DNA from: Antedon mediterranea
Taxonomy: Eukaryota; Animalia; Echinodermata
DNA length: 64,000 bases
NCBI RefSeq assembly: GCF_964355755.1
Contig: NC_092672.1
Coordinates: forward strand, 9,424,001 to 9,488,000
Direction of reading: 5' to 3'
This document shows positions 1 through 13,000 of this stretch, one piece after another; position 1 is the stretch's first letter; each line of letters begins with the position of its first letter. Below the pieces are notes generated by a model, which made no database searches, was not told the DNA's origin, and saw only the letters and a list, made by a program, of their open reading frames with translations. The position numbers and the translations under genes are program-made.

Positions 1-134
1 CCGTTCACACACTGAGCGACAATTATGGTTTTATACTCAAGTCTCTCATACAATTAAAATAGTCTAAATGACCATTAAACTAATATAAAAGTATTACTAT
101 TTTATGTAACTCAAAGAAATATCAACCTTTATCT

Positions 135-223
135 AGGCCTACATTCACACGGAACGGGAGACGGCGCCGTTCAATTTTGTATTTGTATTTAATACGACGA
201 AGTCATCCGTGTGAATGTAGCTT
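135..223. mobile_element. Short MITE-like element (PIF/Harbinger-like termini)
   Basis: Inverted repeat CTACATTCACACGGA (139-153) / TCCGTGTGAATGTAG (206-220). No clean TSD. Confidence 0.45.
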
Positions 224-351
224 TACATATTAATGAATTATTTGTCTTCAGTTTAATTTGAAACTCAGGATTAGGTTCCACCGTAATCATAATATATGGT
301 AGGCCTATTTGTAAGTATTATCTACAGCAGGGAGAAATTTATCCCCTTTTT

Positions 352-640
352 CGACATTGCAGTGCCAGCCTCATGTTTACGGAATGTAGAATTCTCTCTT
401 TTGATGAATTGTTAAGAATATCAATATATGGCCTGATGTGTAGACTTAATGCAAGCAAAAATATTTTAATCTCAACGATTATAAGCAACGTCTTAGTTAA
501 GTCGAAGATGCTCTCCAGATGGAATGCCATCCTGAGATGAGTAGTAGTAATTTTGTTTATTTTATTTATTTAATTTATATGTAATTTACTTTCTATGGAC
601 CAGAGTTTCCGAAATAAAAGATTGAATGAAATGAATGAAT
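352..640 (+). mobile_element. 3' end of a LINE (RTE-X-like ORF2 C-terminus, 3'UTR and microsatellite tail)
   Basis: 352-540 reads RHCSASLMFTECRILSFDELLRISIYGLMCRLNASKNILIS...RWNAILR*, resembling the CSASxMF...LLR...RL..S.N end of RTE-X-type ORF2. It is followed by AATAAA and a (GAAT)n-like tail at ~620-640. Confidence 0.6.
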
Positions 641-2419
641 ATTGTACCAACATCTTTATCGCGCAGTGTGTTGGATTTACACAGGACCAAGGGCGTACGT
701 CCAAAAAGATTAAACGCCAGGTGCGGGCAAAACATTTCTATTGATCATACATTCCAATAATTATCGATCTATAGTTTCCCCTATGTTTCATAATTTTTGG
801 GATTTTATTTGTGTTACACGAGCTTGTTGAAAATAAGCACTTTCTTATCAGTGGGGGGATAGTTAATTACACAGTAAAATCTCTATTCTTTTGTACACAA
901 ATGTTGTAAATAGAGAGGCATTTTAAAAAGCTATGAAAAATAAACAGTGTGGTAAAAAATGTTATCAGATGACTAAATATAGGTAATATAACTTGAATAT
1001 TACATTTCTGGTATTTTTATTCAACTTCAGATTTTTATTTTCATGCTATAGCACAAATTATCCACTGTATATCCACCATCTTTGTTCACCTTCTAGGGAG
1101 TCACCAGACATTTTATTACATTAGGTTAACTACCTAACTACTGAAAAAAAGTCTTCCTGGTTTTTATGGAAGAATTTTGCCAAATTTTGTATTTGACCAT
1201 ATTAAGGGAAATTCATGTTTTTTCGTCTTGATTTCTGTTACAAATATTTGATTTATGTACAATTAACCAAATATTATATTTAAAATTCATGCCTGTACCT
1301 GAGCTTTAATGTATCTTGGAAATAAGCAATATGGCACAGATAGATATCGATCAAAGCTACATTTCATAGATATTACAGTAATTAATAATAATCGCACTGA
1401 CTATTGTCGAATATCATATAAATCATTTATTTATTCACTGTATACTATACAACTTAATAATTATCATTATTTATTTTCAAGAACAAAAAAAACACCTATT
1501 TTGAAGCACCTTTTTTATTCGTTTCTAGAATACAGATTTTGTTTTAAATCACTATTTGAAAAAAATTGGTAAAAGAGTGAAAAAATACCGGTTCAGACCG
1601 GTGAATAAGCGTCTTAGAAAATTCAAAATAAACAAATTATACAATCTTCAGATTCAATATTTTGTTATTTTTTAAAAACTGGAATATAAAGCTGCTTGTC
1701 AAAAATCTGAATAACAAGTGTTTTATAAAATATAATACTATAAATAAATTGCTAATTTGTTGTGTCGGTCATCATAGCATGTTATTTAATATCTAAACTA
1801 TTTACAAAAATATATTAAAATTATATAACTACATTATTTAATTACCAACCTTTCTTGATAAAAATCACTATATAAAAATATTGTATACATTATAACAAAA
1901 AGATACAATGTAACTATTTTTAGACTTCACAATTCAATATTTTTTTCCTTTAATATAATTGATTTTATGTCTCAAACTCTATGGGAAATCAAAGTATGAT
2001 TTTATGTAACACTTGTGACAATGTAACAAATTGTATTTCCTTAAGACTCATGTTATTCCTTAGATACATAATTCAGTTTAGATTTTTTATTTGAGTGATT
2101 TTAGCATGTTTTTTACGACACAGACAGATCCAAATTCAATTTGGTTCGGCGTGTAATTTTACAATTTCAATAATTTTATTGGCGTTTGTTGTTATCCAAC
2201 ATCTGTATACATTCAAGTACATAGTGTCAAATATGGTTTGATCGAAAAAATTCTCTTGTCATAAATTGGCCCAGCAATATTCTCTAAATAACTAATAAAA
2301 TACATAATCATTAACTTTAATATTGGAAGTCAATATTAAATAAAGGAACAGTAATTTAATAAAACTTAAAAAGCCTTGAAAAACTAAAAAGATGATGGTT
2401 TATTTGTTATATAATCGGC

Positions 2420-2584
2420 TAGTCTGGGTTCCAGACGGAGTTTTGTTTTAATATTAGTAAAAAGATAAATATTTTGGCACATATGGCGTTTCATACGTAG
2501 ACTACTATTAATTTCAGACAAAAATCAAAACGCGATATACGATCGGATTATGTTATACTGTAGTTTAAACTTGGGGCAAGTCTA
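2420..2584 (+). mobile_element. Non-autonomous TAG...CTA element (AcademH-like), copy 1
   Basis: Termini TAGTCTGG...CAAGTCTA. Flanks ATAATCGGC / AAAATCGAC match at 7/9, consistent with a degenerate 9-bp TSD. Homologous in inverted orientation to 48417-48591. Confidence 0.6.
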
Positions 2585-4041
2585 AAAATCGACATATCTT
2601 TATTACAATGTAATTTACTAATAAACGATCTTGAAAATAGTTAGGCCGACCATGATTGTTTATTTTGGTTTTCAAATTTATAACAACAGAAAGGCATACT
2701 TTGCATCATAAGAAAGTATGGACAATGGTGTCTTTATAAAAAAAAAATTAAATTAGGCCCAGGAAATTATTTGCGCGTAGTTTGGTTGTCCTGTACAAAA
2801 TGTTTTAATAAACTTTATGTCCAATATTTAATCTCTGCAACAACAAAAATTCAGAAAAAAATGTCAATAGGAATGGGTATAATACTATATACGGTGGTCC
2901 ATTGCAGTGTGTATTTACAATATTTCTCAGCAGAAAAAAGATGGATACAACAAATGATCGCATTTCGCAAGTTGTTCCTGAAATGAACGACATTCGCCAG
3001 ATCAGAAACTTTAAAGTGTCCCCTGAATAAGGGTGTTCCACAGTGCTGCTGTAAAAATAGAAATCTTTAAAACAGCTAAAACATGAAACCTGGTATTAAC
3101 CCAAATGAAGCCAAAATTCAAGAATTACATTCTATGAAAGACAAAATTGTCAAAATTATAAGGCTTTTTAAAGACAATTTCTAACAACTATTTTGATGGC
3201 TGTGCAATCACAATAAAAATACTTTAAAAGTACCATTTATGTACTCCAACATGTGCTTAAACCATTGGTTACATCGCCAAATCTGAACTTATTCCCCAAC
3301 TTATGAACTGATAAAAATCTATCTAATTAATTGCATTATTCCATTTTCCCTCTAAATCCAAAGGGATTTGTTCATCAAGTTGGATTTGATAAAGTCTTAA
3401 AGAGGTCAAGACACAGGCGGTGAAATGATGTACAGCCACACTATCCCGCATTATATGCTAATTGATTTAACCTTATGTCATTGTGAAGACAAGAGAGTCA
3501 CTGAGTTTGTGATAACGCAGCAGCTGAAGGCTGAGGAAGCGTCGCGGACATGACATTGCCAGTGGTAGCGGTATCAGTGGTGGATTAGCTTAGAGTCAGT
3601 GTGGTCTTGCATGTTAAGCCGGTGGAAGCTTGGCTGCTGCAATAGTCTTGTACAGTCACAGACAGTACCACGTTGCCGCATGTGAGAATGTTAACTTGTG
3701 TATTATATTATTGTTGATGTTATTGGTCAAATGTTTTGCCTTACTTTGACGTAATTGTACTGAATACTATTAAAAATCAAGGAAAATGATGTTAGTATCA
3801 TAATGGTCAATGTGCTAGGAGGTGTACCGGACACTGTAGATGACAGTAAAATTATATTTGTGCTGACATCATCTACATATTGGCTCATGTGAGGTTGATG
3901 TACTCAACAACACATTTCATAGTGTAGATTTGGCTATGAACACATTAATTGATGTGCAAAAATCAACACTACTGTCCATGAATCAGTGTGCTAGAATCTC
4001 CATATCAAAACAATATAATTCAATGCATACAAAAACTAAAA

Positions 4042-7000
4042 TCACACTCCTTGAGGGGGCACCTGTGACTCGTTACCAATAACGGCTGCTGTATCACCTG
4101 ATGACTGACCATAAACTGAAAGAGAAAAAATGCAAATATGCGTATTAAAGCAAAACAAATTTCCATTATGAAGTGAAAGGAACATGAATACCAAAGTAGG
4201 TGTGAAAGAAGCAGTGTCAAATACAAAGCACCTTCCCTGAACAGAGGAGGAGGCCTACGTCAGCACTTATAGGGGGAACTTTCAATTCAGCTATCAACAA
4301 ACAGATTTTTGATCAGCGAAGTGTGAATTCACTCTTCTCTGGTTTTATTAACAGCTCCTCGACCCTGTCACGGGTCACTAAATGTATTTTCATAAAAAAT
4401 CTCAATTAAATAGTTTACTGATGATAAAAGTGCAGTTAATATAACTTATTCTTAAATTTACAGTATGAATTTTTGTCTCTTCTACGTGACAATCATTTAA
4501 CCACAAGTTGATTTTTCTAGATATTAGATATTCCAAAAAAGGTCATAGAATATCAACAAAGAGATGTAGGGCACGTCCTGAATGTTAAATTAAATAAAGT
4601 GATAATGAAATAAAATGCAATGAAATTGTTGCTTGCTTATTTTCACTCATAGAAGATACAATGACTATTGTGTCTGCTTTACCAGCAATCTTTTGTCCAG
4701 ACTGAACTTTTAAAACTACAAATAGGGGTTGTTAAAATTATGGTCCCCTTTCAAAGGTTTATGATATAATTTTTTTTGACATTATAATTTAAACATTTTT
4801 TTTAAACAAAACGTATTGTCACAACTAATCAAGGTATTGCAAACTGCTGTGATTAGAAACATAAGAGGCAACATACAGCTGATTAATCTCTAACTTGATT
4901 AAGATTTGATGGATATAATGTTCAATAAGGATTAAAAAATCGTAAATTATCAAGTAATAAAAACAATAACCTGCCATCATAACCAACCTATCGGGGGAAT
5001 TGTAACATTTCATACGAGGTCAGGAGGTTAGGTCACGTGTTGTAATGCTTAACGCAAACTGTCAGCTTCACTTAACCCAAAGGATGCTCAGTATGATTTA
5101 GAACTGTCTGCCTAATTTTTAAATTGGTATCTTTGTATAAATGATGATGCACCCTTTGAAGACACGTCTGACAGATGTCAGCCTGTATTCATCATTCATA
5201 ACATACAACATCAGTCATACAGCATGTCTCTCAACTGAATCATTCTTGTTCACACAATGTGCCATTTTAGCATCCACTGTAAGTATCATAACGGCTATGA
5301 TCTCTCACATGCTAAACTCAGGGGTCCCAGAGCAGAGTTCAGAGGAAAAAACAGGCATTTAAATATTTTGAAAAAGGCTAAAAATTGCCAGCTTTGGAGG
5401 GCCACAGCCTGTCTACTCAACAGTATTTAATCCCTTTTGAATATAGTCGTGTCCAGGAATATCATATACCATATTGGTATGGTTTTATTTCACAGGTAAT
5501 ATCGACTTAAGACCTGCTCAAGACTAAATAACATTAATATTCCCTGCAATGCAAGATGCAGGCATCTATTCTGTACTACTACTACTACTACTATGTTTCG
5601 CATGCCTGCTTGTGAGAAAGGGGCTTTATATAGTTTGACAAAACAAATATGGTGTAGCACTATGGATTGAAACTGAGTTGCATATCTACACTCTGCATGT
5701 TTATGATTTTTTTGCAAATTTCAGTAGTAAAAGTTTTGTTTTGTATTTTTAGTTAATTAAAACAAAAATAAATTATTATACTAGAATTAAGGGCTGTAAG
5801 AGTAAGTAATTCTTTAACAATTCACACATAAACAATATTTTTTTAACATAATTTAAATGTTTAAATATTGTACTATATGTGATAAATTTCGGGAAACCAT
5901 TTTGAAAGTAGTTAAGTGGAAAAAATATCTGTACATGCATCAGTGAACATTCACTTCCGTTATTACACCAATTTCCGAATTTGATAAAAGACTTCAAAAC
6001 TAATTAAGTCAAAAAATCCAAAATAAAGCTTGTCGATTAATTCTACATACAGTACTCATCAACTTACCCCATGCGAAACACTACACAAATCTCTTAACGT
6101 ACATCACCGATCGTATTGACCTACAAATTGGCTGTTTGGGCTGTCAGGGCTGCAACTGGTTCCGCGCCGGACTACCTTAAGTGCCATCTTACCAAAACCC
6201 CCGAAACCCACTCACAACAAAAGGTTACTTTATGGATCCTTTTCCTCATCTTGAAACCATTAGGGACCTTTTTCTATATAAAGCCCCATCTTTGCTCAAT
6301 GCACTACCCATCGAAATCCAAAACTCAATATCGTTTAATATCCTTAAAGTTTGACTATATACTAAATATATCACCCCGAAATATGTTATGGCTAGTATGG
6401 TCACTGAGGGTTACGAAATGATCCCACTTTAATGTTCCTATTATATTTTTGTAATATATTTACATATATTTAAAGATGTATTGTCCTGACAAATTTTGTT
6501 GTTGAATATGCCATTTTAATGTCACATAATAGCTTTTTACCTGAAAAAAACTGTAATTTAAAGTAAAAAATAGTCAAATTGGCTGCCAGCTAATAGGTTT
6601 TGGTTAAATTTAACCTTTTATTTGGTTTTTTTTATAAGTGAAAACATTATTTTTTTTGTTTTTTGTTTTCAAAGTGAATAACTTTAGAATGACAAAATTG
6701 CCTATTCAAAGTCCGATTAGTTATTAGTTTTAAATTTTCATGTTTTGGGGGACAATACATCTTTAAATTTCACTTCTTTTGACGAGGTATGGAATAGAAA
6801 ATTAGGATTAAGAATTTAAAACTGTAATTAATAATGTAACGTCTCTAATTTGCATCCATATATAAGAACTCGATTTCTCTTTTATCAAAATAATGATCTA
6901 CATGTATGCCTCTATATGAATGCATGTTCTGAAATAAAGATTAATAACACTTTATATACCTTTTTCTTTCAAGCCATTTCCAAAATTTTTAGTAACAAAG

Positions 7001-10000
7001 TACATAGTGATGCACACCACAATACGTATTATCAGTCCAATAATTCCACATGTAATAATTGCAGATTTAATCAAGTCTTCCTCATCGGCAATCACCCAAA
7101 CCTGCAAAAAAAAAAATAGACATGTATGGTATAATGCATAATTTATTCTACTGCAGTAATTGTTTACTGTAATAACACAAAGAAATTAAACTCTTGATAT
7201 AAAGTTTTTTTCATGTTCATTTTGTAAAAAAAAAAAAAAGAACTCTAAAAAGAGTACTGTAAAGCCCAAAATGTTTGCGCGCCCTTTATTTTCGCGATTG
7301 AACAAGGATTGCGAAAATTTAGGGCCGCGAAAATGTTGGGTTTTACAGAACTTTAAAATAATACAAATTTGTTTACAGTATCCTATAACAAAAAAAAAAC
7401 CTTGCACATATATCCTACTAAGTAGACTTTCATTTTCATAAATACTGTTTAAAATAATAATAAAAACAAAAATAGAAAACACACATTTTTAATTTAATTG
7501 AAGAATTTGTTTGTGACAGTATTTTATAAACCACCTCTTTATAAGTCTAGATTTGTACACAATTGCGTTACAAACTTTCATTTTCACAAATCAAAAATCG
7601 AAATACTTTTGAAACTAATTTGACGATTTGTGAAGGGTGATTACTATGTTATAAATTGTGGTAATCTTATATAACCACAAATTCAAGAAAATTCAACAAA
7701 AAGTACCTGATAAGGGTCTAAACAATAGATTGCAATAGCAATAGGCTTATGAAATTCTTATTTATCGTCTCATTTTAATAAGAAAGTTATTTGTATAAAA
7801 TGCATTATAATTGGTTATCCGCACTTAAATAAATTTGTATAAAACTTTGTAACCCAAACTCGTCACGGTGACGAATTCAAATCTAATTAGTTACATTTTA
7901 AATTTAAAAAACTAGTAGAAAAATATTTACAATGGCATTTTAGAAATTATAATTTTTTTAAACAACTATAATAATTTAAATCAATATCATTATTCTATTT
8001 TTATTTAAATAAAAAAACTAACAGAAAATGTCACCAAAGACTGAATACTTGAGAACTAAAAAGCTTGTAAAAATGTTATGCCCTATTATTAAACGCAATA
8101 ATTTTCTTGTTGAAACTAAGCTTCTTAAAGACACCTTCCCTACAATTTGTGATGTTTTGTAAAAATAATACATATATATTACTTTAAAAACATTAAACCA
8201 GGTCATTCCTTGTCTTAAATGTACGTTTTATGCTAAATTTTAATAAAAAGTGAGAAACAATGCACTACCTAAGTAGCTCGCGGCGACTGACCTCTCGTGA
8301 ACGGTCTTTAGGCCTAGCCTAGCTAGGCTTAGTTTTGTAGGCCTATAACTTGTAAACATCGGTAACGTATGAACATCGTATGCTAGCTATATACCTAGCC
8401 TGACGTTGTATAGTTGCTGCATTAATTGTCTTTCTATTTTTGCCAGACTCCGTTGATACAAATTGGGGAAAACCCGGTATTTTCGCTGAAAAGTTAGGGG
8501 TCTTCCATTTGTTTTGGCCTCACGATTGATCAAAAAGTGAATTAGAAGACAAAAAAAAATTTCAATCCGCGCGCAATGCATTTTGGGATTTATAGCGGGC
8601 CGCTATAATTATTAGAATCAACTTATTTTTCGCATTTTTAACCATTTAAAGACGAAAAAAGTTATCGCAATAGGACCATATAGTATTATTTTTACATTAA
8701 ATATAGTTTGTGATCTTAAATTAGATCTAAAAAACGTAGTGTCTAAAAAAATGGAACAAGCTTCTTGTTTTTAAGTAAAGTTAAAATCATGAATAGTTTG
8801 TGGATAAATTAGTTAATAATGTACCGTTTTCTATGGAAAGTACGAAATAAAGAGAAATCAACTGAATAAGAAATTTACTGTGAAGAACTGTTTTGTATTA
8901 AAAACTGTTCTAGTTAAATTTACTGAAAATTGTCGCCTCTTAAAAGCCTTTAATTCATGCAGAACTTTGGACTAAAAACAGATAGAGTTAAAAACAAACA
9001 TCTTAAAAAAAAAAACTGTCTATATCTTGTCGACCATGCTTAATTTGACAATCACAAGACAAGTTATGTTGGTACTTCTTGAGTATGATTGGTGTGTGTA
9101 CTATGTGTAGTTTTAATTGTCTAATTCTATAGCATAAGTGCTTGATTGAATCTAAAATTCCATAATAATCGTAGCAAACACTGTATGTAATGTAACAATA
9201 TAAAAATGCTAATAATCAAATAATGATGATTACTTATTAACATCATACTTGTGTTAATTACAAACGATTGTGAACTAATTTGATTAGTACAGGAACCTCC
9301 CCAATGCGCAGCAGAGGTAATATGTAGATAAATAAATAAAAAGAACAGGCTGTGTAAATGCTACTGTCTGGAGGATGCAAGGGGTTGGCCTGCATAGTAG
9401 CACATCCTGTTAAAGAAGGAACTGAGCTAATTAAAATGACATGCAATACCCTTTCTTTACCTTCACATACAGATTTCCCCATTTCACAACTAGACCTAGT
9501 TTCCGCCAGTTTTGAATATTCCCAAGGCACCTATTTTTATAACTTTAACAAAAATAGTTTATGTTGACATTTATTTATGAGCAATAACACAATAGAAGGG
9601 GAAGTCATCAAACATTATTAATTATACATAATTATTAGATATCTTTGATAGAAGTTAAATTTTAATCTTAGAACTAACTATAATTTTCTATTGATAATTA
9701 AATTAAATTTTAATACTAACAGTTCTTGATTTGAATTTATTAGGAAAATCATCATTATTGTTTGATAAAAAAAACCCACAACAGATGAACTTCTTTGAGG
9801 CAGGCCTGAATTTTGCACATATGCAGCTGATGAGAATAATACATTTTATAAACATATAATAAAGCTGGTTATTGGAGTTTATCAGAAACACACCTAGAGG
9901 GATGGGTGCTTGAATCACAACAGAATGGCATAAAAAGGATAATAAGGACACAGAACGGTGCTCATGAATAATTTATGCATGAGCTTTAACAGTGGGTGGA

Positions 10001-13000
10001 GCTTAGTGTGAAATTCCATCGTCTTAACCTTTTGAGGACGATAAAGTTGCCATTTTCCCATTTACATAAGAATGAATAAAAATAACGTATATAACCTTAA
10101 ATATACATTCAGATTATACTTAAACGTGGTATTTTAAAAAATTTAAATAATATTTAACTTCTGGTTAAATTTTTTAATGAAATAACATTTTTATTGGATT
10201 AAAATGGCTGTGTTAAAAGAGGCGTTTAAATGCGATGCCCCTAGCTAGGAAGGCTAGGCCTATATGCTGTATCACCAGAGCCAAGCGAGTCAGAAGGGTC
10301 CCGCGCCACGAGACAGGGGGGTTGATCGGAGAGACTGTCGTCTTCGAGCAAGGGTGCGTAACTAATAAAATGGCTATATTGACTATATATGATTTTACGC
10401 TCTAGCGAACACTGGATATTCGTTGTCCTCCCCTAACTATGTTAACCAAATCATGTTTCATAAACTCCACTATTAATCCATAACCACATCAATCAAGAAT
10501 TCTGAAAGAAAGCGCGGTTTAAACCAATGACATGTCATACCACAGAGCCCAAAAACTTCATGTTTTTAAGCCTTAAGATCCATCAAGTGGAACATGCATA
10601 CTGCAGAACAGCAATGCTGGATTTGAACCAGGTGCCCAAAGGAAACCATTCAACCTTTATTTCATAGTTTGGCAAACCACACAGAAATTACCACCAGTTG
10701 CAACTCAAACTGCTCAAATTGTTCAATCCAGGCGACTCGTTTTATGATTGGGATTCCAGATTATAGTTAACATGTCAATCAAAGGCAAGCAGAATGATCT
10801 TGATAATTTGATGATATCAAGGGAGCTGATGAAATTAATATATTTTTTTTATTCTTTGAATGATTATGTTAGATATGTGGTAACCTTGGGTTAAGAGTTG
10901 CTTTCGTGTTTCACTTTAGTTTCCTGCTTTCTTTCAGGGACTTGTACTTTATAAAGGTGGATATACATACTGAAGGAATGTGATTCATGTTTGTACTAGC
11001 AGTAACAGTACTGCAGTAATCAATACTTGGATTTTGTGATTACGTTTGTTGCAGTAACATTACTGCAGTAACCAATCCTTAGATTTTGTGATTCAAGTTT
11101 CTTGTAGTAAAAGTACTGCAGTAATCATTCTTTGAATTTTGTGATTCAAGTTTGTTGCAGTAAACAGTACTGCAGTAATCCTGTTTGTTGAAGTAGTACT
11201 GAAGTAATCACTCTTTGAATTTTTTGATTTAAGTGTGTTGCAGTAACAGTACTGCAGTAATCAATCTTTTGATTTTGTGATTCATGTTTGTTGCAGTAAA
11301 CAATACTGCAATAATCATATTTGTTGCAGTAACAGTACTGCAATAAACAATCTTTGGATTTTGTGATTCAGGTTTGTTTTGCAGTAACAGTACTGCAATA
11401 ATCAATATTTGGATTTTGTGATTCATGAATTTTGCAGTAACAGTACTGCAGTAATCCTTAGCGTTGAAGTAGTACTGATGTAATTACTGCAGTGATCAAT
11501 CTTTCTTCTTTAAAACTTTAATAGTACAGATTAAAAGTTCTGCTATTTTACTATTACTATGTATTGTTTACAGTTTTTATTTACTTTTTTAGTATAATCT
11601 TATTTGTATTAGATAGATAGTTTTAGTACTATTTGTGTACAGTACTTAAGTATGTATATTTTGTATTCTTCCTATATTACGGCCGTATTGAATAAAAAAA
11701 AAAAAGTATGTTAATAATATTATATGGACTAACCTAAAACTATAAATGTAGAGCAATTAAATGCTTGTTTTTCAAAGTATTACATTCTGAAACGAGTCTT
11801 AAAAAATACACAGTAACGCCGTATGGGAATTTATAAATGCTAGAATATGATTCAGTTGACATTAACAGATTTAAATTCCTTTTAAGTGTTGACAATAAAA
11901 TGATAGGGGATCGAAAGAAAAGGAAACTTTTTAAAAGTAGACAACATGTTTTTGTGAAATATCTTAACAAACATCTGGAAAAAATAAAACTAGGAGAAAG
12001 TGTTTTTGAAAGGCTAGCAGGTTATAGTCAATAATTCTACTTTCTAAACAAAACATAGTAAAGAAATAAACAACTTATACTACAGGTACGAAATATAAAA
12101 GAATCTTGATTCATCGAAACATGATTTTCAACTACATATTACATTTGTTTGCAATACTTCTGCGTTAGTATTTTTGTAAATACAACTCTTATATTTACAG
12201 TAGAAGGTAGATATTACTATGTAAAGATTTTAGTAGCTTTCATTTTTAGTTAATCATTTGTACACAACTGTTATTGCAATGACTGCTTTACATTAAAACA
12301 TGCGTTAGTACAATAAAAAAATGTACCCACAAACAGTAAAATAATCTTAAATGATCCCTTAAATGTTTAAGAAATGACTTTAACACTTTGACTGCCAAAC
12401 ACGAAGATCTTCGTTTTTGGAAACACAACGCTTGACTGCCAAACACGAAGATCTTCGTCTTTCGCGTTTTTTTTTACGAAATCCGGTAGATAGGTTAATT
12501 ATTGGTATATACTATAAATATGGACACTATATTCGGTCTGGACCATGATTATTTTACTTTTTGAAAGTAACTAATCTGGTTACGAACGATTGTCAAAATG
12601 GTACCTGTCGAAATAACATACACCGCACATCACAGTAGCGCGTACAGCGATGGTTTTTGGCGCATTGTGTATCGGTCGCGCGCTAGCTATGCCGCCGAAG
12701 CATTACAAAGGTTTATGTGGATTGGAATGTTTGTTTGTTATCTGAATAAAAAATAATGGATGAATTTTCAATATGAAGTCTTTAATTTTATTATTGTATG
12801 TATACCCAATTGTTATGGTGCTTCACTGTAAGTGGCCGAGTTCACGCAACAAATTGGTTTAGAAATGGTATGAATATTATCATCATTTTACTAGCTAGGC
12901 TAGTAGTACTCTAGGCCTAGGCTATAGCCTAGGCCTAGGCCTAGTCGTAAAACGGTTCTGGACCAACTTTAGGCCTAGTTAACTAGGCCTGGTGTCTTTA

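Noticed and set aside
3786-3872. Second C/D-like motif (ATGATGT...CTGA)
   Set aside because: No recognisable rRNA guide; better explained as a short inverted repeat.
4580-4715. Alternative last exon for the membrane-protein gene
   Set aside because: Open in phase, but the acceptor is weaker and the tail looks non-coding. 4115-4042 has a much better polypyrimidine tract.
8250-8650. CpG-richer promoter-like patch in intron 7
   Set aside because: No associated exon or element ends found. Probably the interior of a decayed transposon, but unsupported.
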